A DNA stretch of 64,000 nt, taken from NCBI RefSeq assembly GCF_964194155.1, contig NC_135882.1, positions 15,128,001 through 15,192,000 on the forward strand, given 5' to 3'. This document shows positions 37,901 to 48,429 of this stretch, one piece after another; position 1 is the first letter of the stretch, and each line of letters opens with the position of its first letter. Position numbers and translations under genes: made by a program. The notes beneath the pieces are model-generated. The model was not told the DNA's origin. It searched no databases and saw nothing but the letters and a program-made list of their open reading frames with translations. The DNA is from Cetorhinus maximus. Its lineage: Eukaryota.

Positions 37901-38956
37901 TCACTGCATGTCATCATCCTTCACAAATCTAGCAGCTATGAGGGCCTCCTGAGAGCATCTGCCTCGCCTGGTCAGTGCGAGGGCCTCAATGGCATCATCG
38001 TCACCTTCGAGGACATCCTTCTCATCGGACCAGACTGGTGCAGGTACCGGAACCTCATTTTCAGCATCCCAATGGTTTGCTCCACCAACTTGCGAGTTGC
38101 AGCATGAACCTCATTATACCTTCGCTCTGCTGCAGTCATCAGCCATGTCCTCTGTGGGTAGCCCTTGCCCCTGAGGAGCCAACCCTGCAATCTCTGTGGA
38201 TCCTGGAAGACATCAGGGATCTGTGACCAACTGAGAATGTCGGAGTCACGGACAATCCCTGGAAACCGTGTGCAGACCTGCAGGATGCATTTGTGGTGGT
38301 CGCACACCACAGAATGGAAGTCCTTGCGGTTGACATAGGTGACCCCTTGTTGCATCGGAGATTTGAGTGCCACGTTGAGTCGAGTCGATCGCACCCTGCA
38401 CCTGTGGGAAACCCGAGATCTGAGAAAATCCAATTGCCCTTGCATCCTGGCTCTCTTGCTACCAGGCGAAATGCACAAAGTTGTGTGCCCTTGTGAAGAT
38501 GGCATCCATGACCTCATGGATGCATTTGTGGGTGGAGGCTTGTGACATCCCACAGAGGACACCTGTGGAGCCCTGAAAGAAGCCACTGGCCTAAAAATTG
38601 TGTGCCATGGTCACTTTCATGGCCACTGGCAGCGGATGCTCTCAATGCTCCTGTGGCTCCAAATCCTGCTGCAGGTGGTAGATGTGACTGACTAGTTCCC
38701 TTGAGATGTGCAGCAGTTGGCGACACTGGTTCTTGGTCACCTGCAGGAATGAGCTGCAGTGTCTATAGACCCTGGGTCTAGCTAGGCGCTGACCAGTGAC
38801 GGCTCACTGTGGTTCTCCAGTGTCGTGTGTGGGAGCCGCAGCCACTTCTCCTTCCTGAGGTGCTACTCCTCCCTCTGCCCAGCCAGACACCTCTCTTCTT
38901 TGTTGGCTCTGCTCTCTATAAGCCACGAGGCATACAGCTAGCTCACCAGGCTACAT
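37901..38956 (-). pseudogene. Harbinger DDE transposase, disrupted
   Basis: YVNRKDFHSVVCDHH..ILQVCTRFPG..RDSDIL, GWLLRGKGYP, YNEVHAATRKLVEQTIGMLKMRFRYL. Confidence 0.9.
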
Positions 38957-40510
38957 GCTCCTAATGTTGTACTCCTGCAGGATGAAAGAGAGTGATGCAT
39001 GGGTTATCTTGAGTCTTGATTCTTGATTAAGAATCCCTTTTGGTTACATCTGAAGGCCCTTTAATGCACCCCGGAGAGTGCTGGCCACCACTTGGGTAGC
39101 CAGAGATTTGTGCGCTGCATGGCTGCCCGAAACCTCACCCACCTCTGCTCCACTCCACCTGACCGAATGGCAGCAGCTTTGCCCATTGGACTGCATGCTG
39201 TGCTCTCAGCTCAGGCACAGGCATTCTCCTATCCCACACTGCAAGGCTGCACTGTTAGCCTGAACCATGGGGGAGACTGGTCCAAACCGGGATGGTGACA
39301 TTACAAGGGGCTGTGAGCCTCCACCAGTGTCTGCTTCATGGCCAGCTTTAGCAAGGAGATTGTACAAAGTGCCCAGTCATCCAACTGATCTGCAGTCCAC
39401 TAAAATGCTCATTAGTTTGCAGTCTGTACCCAAGGGGTGAAAAGCTCTGGAGCACTTGGTGGCAATTTCATACCTCTGCTAAATTTAAATCCTGCTCCCA
39501 GTTCCATTGTGGGAACCTGATTCAATTACATTAATGAATTGTTATGCCGCTTGAGGGCAGGACATTTGCACAGCTGCAAACCTACCATTGTGAAGCCAGC
39601 AATAGACACATAACATGGCAGGCTAGGGACGCATTCCCTATTTTTCATTTTTAACCCCTCCTGTCCATTCAACCCTCTCCCGTCCATTGTGGGAAGTTAA
39701 TATCGAAGTCATTGTTTGTATCTGCGGCTTCATCCTTTTAGACTATTCCAGTTTTGGGGTCAAGGTTGACGGAAGGGAATAAGGGCGTATGGCATTGAGT
39801 GAACAGTTAAACTTGTTCAGTATCACTGAACCTCCGTAGCAAAATATTTAGCCATTGCTAAAATGAATTTCATTGTCTCAGACAAGCTCTGCCATTTAAA
39901 AAAGGGGAACATTTAACCTCTCAACGGATTTTCAGAACGGTTCGCTAATTCGTAACTCAGGGACTTGCCTATGGAAATGAGAATATTCCCAATTGTTCCT
40001 CAATTACAGGCAAAAAATTATGAGGCCTTAAATCTACCAAGGGAATTATAAAACGTCTAACCCTTTCCCTAATAATTGCAGAGCTACCCAGGCAAGGTAA
40101 ATGCTAACTCTCATTCACATGGGGCTATCACTGCACAAAATAAAATATGTAATAAAAGTAGCTGGTTGAACTGAATTAAGGCAAAATGAAAGGATCAGCT
40201 CCTGCATTAGGTTACAGGCTGAAATATTTTTAGAGACGGGCCTAACTTTGATGTAGGCCGGGATTTTCCATGAAACACACTAAATGCGTTAATCTGCATA
40301 AAAGGCAGTGGCTGGCGGGTTTTCACACCGTATCATGCGTTTCAGACTGCATTAGTATTCATCCACGGGGAACACGCCGCTCAGCTGGCAGGCGGCATCT
40401 GATTCGCCCGCCCCGCTGTGACATCAGCGCTCCCTAACTCCGGGCACCATGTTTAAAATGGCGTCCCTGTACAGTGATCGCACTCTCTCTGCAGCCTAGG
40501 GCAACAAGAC

Positions 40511-40657
40511 GTGGCTTCCAAAGGTAGAAAGCATGCTGCGCCAAGGTCATCACAGGCAACAGGGCGTAGCAGTCAGCAGGCTGCCTTCACCTCCGCTGTG
40601 GGTGTCGAGGGAGCACCAAGACGTAGTGGCAGGGTTAGAAAAGTGAAAAAGATGTAG
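40511..40657 (+). pseudogene. Collapsed Myb gene: N-terminus fused in frame to C-terminus (48 codons, GTG start)
   Basis: VASKGRKHAAPR|SSQATGRSSQQAAFTSAVGVEGAPRRSGRVRKVKKM*. The second part matches the last-exon end of element B. Confidence 0.65.
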
Positions 40658-42223
40658 TTGCATGGGTGTGAAACACTTGTATATAATGTTCACAGATGTA
40701 AATAGACTCGTAACCATTTCATATCTCCTCTTGCCTATGCCTCCTTCTTATGATAGGCTGTGATACTGCTAATCACGTGTGATATCTTGGTTCTTGCACC
40801 CACTTATAGCAATGGTCTCTGTCCTGGGCTTCTCTTCTGTGCAGCGTGCTACCATCTCACCACAATGAGTGTCCCATTTCAACATGATGCTGCATTTCAG
40901 TAATGCCTGCACCTTCATGTTCAGTGTGATTGTGGAATGAACCTCATTCCCACGTCTCGTAGGGTCTTGTCATGTGCATTCTTGGCTCTGTAAAACTGAG
41001 GCAGAGCTGTGTCCTTATCTCGTCTGCATTCTTAAAAGGTGAAGGTGTGGTGTTTAAGGGGGGATGTGCTCATGCAATCCAACCCCATCTGCGCAGTGTC
41101 CCGGCAGGGTTTTGATGATATGAGCCTATACTCAGAGCTTGTGAGCGCTGCCCTCAGCCAAACAGGTTTTCAACATTCTCAGTGTCAATGTGCTGAGCTC
41201 AACACAAGTGGGAGCACATTGCCACCTCAAGATGATGAAGCAATGGAAAATTTGTGTGCAGGTGCTGAAACACCCAACCTTAAAATTTCTCGCCCTGTAG
41301 TTGTGACTATTGCAGGGAGAAGGGTCCCATCACAAAGTTGGTAGACAGCGCTGTGCATCTCATTGCCTTGACACTCCAAGAGGTTACTGATGTTACTTCC
41401 AAATGGTGATTTCTGGAGGCCCAAACAGCTTTTGAGCATGCTCTGGAATCGCACATCTTTGCTTCAGACAACTTGGAGGGGAACAATGGGGTAGGAGCGA
41501 GTTTATGATGAAGCACAACAGTGTTCCTCATAAGCAATGATGCGTTATCTTGAGGGCTTCATGTTCTATGATCATCTTGGACTTCGCTAGGACCAGGGCT
41601 GGCCATGAGGGCACACTAGTTGTGTGTAAGAGGAGGCATCTCAATATCAGGCAGCCAAGTGTCTGACCTTGTCATGCCTCCACATAGGGTTAGGAGAATT
41701 GCAGCTCAGGATCCCTAACTTAAACTGCCGGATGTCAGTGTCATTTTGGGGACTGAGTCATCCCTAAGTGTAGTCACAGTGGTAGTATTTCACTGGCTGC
41801 CTCGTCCCGAGCATTATGTTTCTGTGTCACCATCGATGTAACACTTTGTGCGTGGCTGCGTTGGTTCTGATGGATCTCTATGAGGAGCCTTGCCAGATTG
41901 AAGGCAGGCAGGCACTAGCCCACTGAGGACTGCGTAAGTGACCCTGCGTCTTGTAGGGTGCTGTTGTGACTGGGATGCTGGCTGGATGTGTGAAGAGGCA
42001 GCATTTTCTGATGTCTGATGCTGGAATACCCTCCTCCAGGTAGCACCTCATCTCAGCACAGACGCATGCCCTCAAGGTTTGCTCATCCTTCACAGCAACA
42101 GAGCAATGTGGGCATGCTGTGCAATGATGCACTATCACCTGGAGGTTCATGGGTGAAATTAGAGGAGTAGCTATGCTGATGGTCATGCTGACCCATGATG
42201 GAGGAGAGTTCCCAGGAGAACCT

Positions 42224-43400
42224 TTAGTGCACATTTTGTCATCCTCCTCCTGAAATCTGCTGGCAATGAGGGCCTCTCGAGCACGCCTGCCTCATCTGGC
42301 CCACGCCATGACTTCTTCGTCTTCATCCTCGGATTCCAAGTCCACATCACCATTATCCTCTTCGAGGTCCTCCTCATCGAAGGGGACGTGCAGCTCCTCC
42401 ATCTTGTCATCTGCCAAGTTCTCCCTGCTTTTGCAGCTCCAGGTTATGTAGTGGCACAAGCCACAATGATGTGTGAGAGCCTCTGGGGAGCGTGCTGGAG
42501 TGCTGTGTCTGTTCTGTACAGGCATCTGAATTAGATTTTCAGGATCCCTATGGTGTGTTCCACTAATGTCTGGATCGTGGCGCGGGCCTCGTTCTACCTT
42601 CTCTGAACAGGAGTCTGAGGCTGCTGCATGGGTGCCATCAGCCACATTGTTTGCGGGTAACCCTTGTGCCTGAAGAGCCATTCCAGAATCCTGTGTGTTC
42701 CCTCGAAGATGTCAGAGATCTGAGACCTACTCAGGATGTATGAGTTGTGGTTATGGTCGCGCACCAGCTGCACATTGAGCCAGTGGAAGCCTTTCTGGTT
42801 GATGTGCTGGAGTGCCTGTTGCCAGGGAGCTTTTATAGGCACGTGAGTGCAGTCAATGGCACCCTGCATATGTGGGAGGCCGGAAATCTCAGCAAAGCCC
42901 AGTGCTCTGGTGTCCTGGCTTGCCTGATCTCTGTCGATGTTGACAAAATTGTGGGAAAAATGGTATCCGTGACCTCATGTATGCATTTGTGGGTGGACGC
43001 TCAGGAGATCCTGCAAAGGTCCCCAGTGGAACCCTGGAAGGAGCCACTGGCGTAGAAGTTGAGTGTAACGGTTACTTTCACAGCCGCTGGCAATGGATGC
43101 CCTCTAAGTCCCTTTGGCGCCAAATCCTGCAGAATGCGGCAAATGTGAGTCACCTTGACATGGGGAGGCATCTGTGAAACTGGTGTTCTCTCGTCTGCAG
43201 ATAACACATGCCACATCTAATATACCCTGGGTCTAGCCAGACACCTACAAATGATGGCTCTCTGAGGATCAGCCTCTGCATTCGCAGGTAGATCTGCTGC
43301 CCCTTGATCTTGAGGGTTCTGTGCCTCCATCACTTACTTCTCATTCTTCCCTCCGGCCTATAAGCAACAATGCAGGCAGCGATACCACCAGGCTCCACCT
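42224..43400 (-). pseudogene. Harbinger DDE transposase, disrupted
   Basis: HPLPAAVKVTVTLNFYASGSFQGSTGDLCRIS, MQGAIDCTHVPIKAP..INQKGFHWLNVQLV.DH, and an acidic tail DEEDLEED. Confidence 0.9.
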
Positions 43401-44179
43401 TCCTGATGGTCTGCTCACTGCAGTATGTATGAGAAACACGCAAGAGTCAGCATTTGTTGTCAAATGTCCACTTTTTCTGTCAAGGAATTCATCTGTGATT
43501 GTGGGCTCAAGGCCTATTTACACATGCCGGAAAGTATTGCTAACCTGCCTCAGCTGTTGTCCTCATGTTGGAACTATCAATTCAGTTGGGCGTCCCTTTA
43601 GTACGCAAACCCCCACCCCACTCCCAGTCATGTGTCTCAGTGCAACCTTCCCAGCTCGCTGTCCCCAATGGAGCCCTTGCCTTGCAGCCCCTTCCCTTCC
43701 CTCAGTCCTGTCTGGCCCCTTCCCCCGTGGAACCCTTGCCCTGCAGCACAGTAAAAGCTACCCCCGCCTTAACCCTGCTGTGGTACCAGTAGAGACTTGC
43801 CTGTGAGACCCCCCACTGTAGCCGATACGGTGCAGCGTGCGAAGCCTAGCACTGACCTGTGCGAGCGTTGCGCGATGCAAGGTATCTGAATTCAGCTCGG
43901 GACCAGGAGCTAAGTGCAGGTCGCCAGCCCTTTAAGTCCTGTTGTGAAATACGTTGTTCTAATTGCACACTGATGTGGGCTCTTTATCCAGTGTGCAGGG
44001 ATGATTCCACCGAGCAGGTATCATGATGAGATGCTGATTTAAGCTAATGGCGTTTGCGGTGTTCGATGGCGGGAAAAGCGGCCTGCCATTGGTGGCTGGA
44101 GCACGGAATCGTTTCCTCATTTTACACAGTCGCTCCACTCCCTTAAACAGTATAAATTTTGTCACATTCCTACATCTCT

Positions 44180-44288
44180 ATAGCTCTGAAGAAGCGTCAA
44201 ACGGACTCGGAACATTAACTCTGTTTCTCTCTCCACAGATGCTGCCAGACCCTGCTGAGTTTTTCCAGCATTTTCTGCTTTTATTTTG
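44180..44288 (+). mobile_element. Penelope pseudo-LTR fragment with a degenerate hammerhead
   Basis: ctgaagaagcgtcaaacggactcggaacattaactctg...ctccacagatgctgccagacc.tgctgagtttttccagc matches 25508-25640. Confidence 0.75.
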
Positions 44289-45379
44289 TGAAGGGGTGCG
44301 TCTGTGCAGAAATGTAAAGTTTGATTGTTTTTCTGGCAAACCCGAACAGCCTTGTTCAAGTTAGTCTACAGCTGTTGAGTTCACCTCGGGGCCCCAAGTA
44401 AGGCTTTTTGCATTGGTTTTCAAATCGAAGTTAAGCCAACTCATGCTGTGCCAAGTGCTACATCTTAATGTGTTGTCCATGACTGCTTTCCATCACACTT
44501 GACTTCCTGGGCTTCTAAGGAGCTGCCTGCACTATCTGGCAAGGCAGCGGCAGACCCCAACATGACTGCTGCCTGCCTTTGCTGCTGGCACCAGACAGGC
44601 AGCTCCTGCCTCTAATTGGACATCTGAGGCACAGGGGTCGGGACCCAGAATTCATCCGGGTGTTGTGTTTCCAACCCTGCTTGGAAGATTCGGCCCATGG
44701 TATTTGGAAATCAGTATACTGGTAAGTCTGGCACTTGCAAACAAAAATCATGCCACATATACATATGGGCATTTTTCAAGTTAAAGGGAATGTCATGCCC
44801 AGTGTCAGCATGTCCTATTCATAACTCCAAATATGGGCTGTGTTCCTGTAGAAGCATCTGGAGCTGTCTTTTTAATTTTAAAGTGGACATTCACAAGGCG
44901 GCTAAGATGGCTGCCAAAGGATCAGGTGATCTTTGCAACTTCAACACCAACTATATTAAGCTTCTGGAAAGTTCCTAATTGAGTCATCTTAGGTGTGGGG
45001 GCTTCCCTCTGAATGGAGATGACTAGAAAGCACACCTTCATGGAATTCATGCCTACCATTGTTCAAAGTTCACTCCAAACACAGAATCAGTGGTCTGGGT
45101 CAAGACTCGATGGTCTGGATTTTCATCCGAGGGTCAAATGTGCAGAGTCAGGAGAATTCCAGCCCCATGAACCCCACTTTTAAAAATGGCTGCCCATGCT
45201 TCAGATTTTGGTCTCAGGGGATTGGCTATATTAGAAGCCAAGGTGGGCAACCCCACAAGTTGTGAGGTGGCTATTGGGTGAGGTGGCGGGTTGGGCAGAA
45301 GGCCGGCTTCGGAGCTCCGACACAGTGTCCAAATTTTGAAAGAATTACAAAACATAAGTCTCCAGGCCTCACCCATCAC

Positions 45380-45740
45380 CCCCCTCACCCCCCCACATAC
45401 TTCCCATGCCCCACTGATGCCAACCCATGCCACCTCATGTCCTGTACCCAAACCCCATCACCCCTCATATACTCCATGCCCCTATACCCACACCCCATGG
45501 CCCCTCAATACCCTCCATGCCAACCTATGCCCCTGTACCAATCTACAAGGCCCTTTACAGCCCCTATGCCAACCCATGCCCCTGTACCAACCCCCATGGC
45601 CCCATATACCCTCCATGCCAACCTATGCCACTATACCCACCCCTCATGGCACTTTAAAGACTCTATGCCAATTTAGTTGCCTACACATGCCAACCCATGC
45701 CCTCCCACTGACCACCATTTGATATTATACCTACCATGCC
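45380..45740. repeat. C/A-rich minisatellite-like tract
   Basis: Repeated ccatgccaacc(c/t)atgcccc / ccccatggcccc units. Confidence 0.8.
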
Positions 45741-46164
45741 AAATCACCCAACATCTATCATGGGCAGATCTTGGGACCCCTGCAGATATGAGATAAAATA
45801 AGTTTATATAAAATAAAGTCCTAAGTGCCTATTGCAGACTTCACTATATTTGAAAAAAACAATCTTATTCATAAAAAATGACTACATTTGACATTCCTTC
45901 AACTACAGAAAGCCTTATAACAACAAACATTTCACTAACAAGTGCACAATCCCTTATAACAACAAACATTTCAATTCATAGTCCCATTGCAAAGAGTCTA
46001 TAATCACTTGCAGCTGTCAATCAAACTGTGAAATGGATGTTTGTGAAAACAGTCATGCAGTGGTAATTCAGTAATGGAAACCCTCAGGCTTATGTTAACA
46101 GATATAGTGAAATAGCAAGCAATGTTTTTTCTTAACAATTTAAAGGGCAGGACTTTTAAAATCC

Positions 46165-46440
46165 CTGACAGCTTTACAGTTCCCTTTGACAGGTGCTTTT
46201 GACAGTTCCCTTTGACAGGTGCTTTTGACAGTTCCTCTTGTCACTTTTTACAGGTCCGCTTGAAAGGCTCTCTTGCCACTTCTGACAGGTCCTCTTGACA
46301 CATTTAACAGGCCGTCTTGACAGGTCCTATTGATGCTTTTGACAGGTCCTTTTGACAGGTCCTCGCGACAGTTGGTTTTGACAGTTTTAACAATTGATTT
46401 TAACAGGCCTTTTGACAGTTCCAATCAGCTTGACAGTCAA
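46165..46440. repeat. Degenerate ~13-bp tandem array rich in TGACAG
   Basis: Twelve exact TGACAG. Four are spaced exactly 13 bp apart (46187, 46200, 46213, 46226), forming a 26-bp higher-order unit. Confidence 0.85.
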
Positions 46441-46823
46441 TGGGTTTATGCACTTTTTACGCACATTCATGCCTAATTTTAACAAGTTCGAAGGGCACCT
46501 TACCTCCCCAAAGGTGTCCTGAGTATAGGTCAAAACAGGTACCTTACCTCTCAAAAGGGGTACCCTGGCTATCCAAAGAAATGCATAAAGCTCAGATCTG
46601 CTTTTACCAGATCTATTCTGCACACTTCAGGTTTCACACTCCTGGGCTGCCATAAGCCAACTTCAGTGGAGGTAGCTGATCATTTAAATGACTAGCTGAA
46701 TCTGTGAACCGTCCATGTGAGGTGAATGAGAGAAAGTGGACAGACACATCATTTACAATATTTAGGATCATGGCAGAATTCAGTCAACTTTGCTTCCCCT
46801 CTATGTCCATTCTGCAGATGCTT

Positions 46824-46950
46824 GGGCCAGGATTTTATGGCCCTGCTGTGGTGCGTCACCCCCCGGCAGATAGGGTGAGCCATTTAAATCTCCATTCAGT
46901 TCGGCGGGACCGTAATATCCCGTCGGGCGGGAGGGACCATAAAGTCCTGG
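46824..46950. mobile_element. Short hairpin MITE (~125 bp)
   Basis: Terminal inverted repeats ccaggattttatggccc / gggaccataaagtcctgg with a Harbinger-like end. Confidence 0.6.
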
Positions 46951-46959
46951 AATTGATTT

Positions 46960-47720
46960 TGTTTTATTCATTATTGGCATCACTGGTGAGGCCAGAATTC
47001 ATTGCAAATCCCTAACTGCCCTTGAGAAGGTGGTAGTGAGCTGCCTTCTTGAACTGCTGCAGTCTATGTGGTGTGGGTACACCCACAGTGCTGTTAGTGA
47101 GGGAATTCCAGGATTTTGACGCAGCGACAATTAAAGAATGAAAATATAGTTCCAAGTCAGGACCATGAGCGACTTGGAGGGGGAGCTTGTAGTAGTGGTG
47201 TTCCCATGTGTCTGCTGCCCTTGTGGTAGAGGTCACGGGGTTGGAAGGTGCTGTTGAAGGAGGCTTGGCAATTTGCTGCAGTGCATCTTTTAGATGGTAC
47301 ACGCAGCTGTCACTATATGTTGCTGGTAGAGGGGGGTGAATGTTTAAGGTGGTGGATGGGGTACCAGTCAAGTGGGCTGCTCTGTCCTGCATATTGTTGA
47401 GCTTCTTGATTGTATTTGGAGCCGTACTCATTCAGGCAAGTGGGGTGTATTCCATCACACTCCTGACTCGAGCCTTGTAGATGGTGGACAGTCTGTGGGG
47501 AATCAGGAGGCGAGTTACTCGCTGCAGAAATCCCAGCCTCTGACCTGCTCTTGTAGCCACAGTATTTATATGGTGAATCCAGTTCAGTTTCGGGTCAATG
47601 GGAATCCACACCATGCTGATGGTGCAACAGTAAAGCTGTTGAATGTCGAGGGGTGATGGTTAGATTCTCTTTTGCTGGATATGGTCCTTGCTCGGCACTT
47701 ATGTGGTGCAAATGCCATAT
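46960..47720 (-). mobile_element. APE-RT LINE 3' fragment
   Basis: IDPKLNWIHHINTVATRAGQRLGFLQRV..LSTIYKARVRSVMEYTPLA and SKSWNSLTNS, plus the tail. Confidence 0.85.
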
Positions 47721-48429
47721 TAGCAGAAATTTGTTAGAAGATCTTGTCAAAGTTTCTTTGTCGGTTTTTGGTGCTGCTGGCTGACTTTTGCGATAGTTTG
47801 GGGGAAAGTATGTAATCCACGCAATCATTACCTGGCAATCTCGCTCATCTGGAGCTCTTTGATCTCTTTGGCTGATTATTTAGGTTCATCATTTGCATCT
47901 GATGTGTCCGCTTCCTTTGCTGTACAGAGACTCTTGCTCTCCCACTCCCTCCAACTTCACTCATAGAGTTTTATTTACATGCTTTGAAGAGATAATCGGA
48001 TGGATCTGAATCTGAATCCCAACTGGAAGCAGATCTTCAATTAACAAGTAGATTCCCAAAGCTCCCCAAAGCTTGTTGACTGCAGCTTCTTAGCTGGGAA
48101 CATGCCAAAGGCATAGTTTGGTTGTATTAGCAAGAAGCAAGAAGCATTCAGCTGAATTATTTGATTAAAACAAAGCTAGGTGAAAATTCTATACTGCCGA
48201 GCGCATGAAATGAAAACTATAGCATATCAACAGTTATTTAAAACCATGCGCTAATGTTGACTCTGTTCAATAGTGCAAATTGGCAACCAGTTTTAAATCT
48301 CTCCCCACCTTTATTTCCATTGGTTGATGGAGAAGGAAACGGGATTGGAAGGGGGAAGATGGATGTGAGTTCTTGAGGAATACAAGGAAGTGTTTAGAGA
48401 TGACCATAATGAGAATAGAGAGGTCTTTT

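Larger units (their letters stand above)
35715..39710. mobile_element. PIF/Harbinger element B (left end missing): convergent Myb/SANT gene (+) and transposase (-)
   Basis: See component genes. Right boundary approximate. Confidence 0.8.
40256..44164. mobile_element. PIF/Harbinger element C: internally deleted Myb gene (+) and transposase (-)
   Basis: Left TIR ggccgggattttcc and subterminal sequence shared with the element at 63215; transposase remnant at 42224-43400. Right end approximate. Confidence 0.8.

Noticed and set aside
45278-45722. Pro/His-rich ORFs
   Set aside because: Translations of a minisatellite that is open in several frames.
46165-46440. CRISPR-like array
   Set aside because: Short degenerate tandem units with no unique spacers, in a eukaryotic context with no cas genes.
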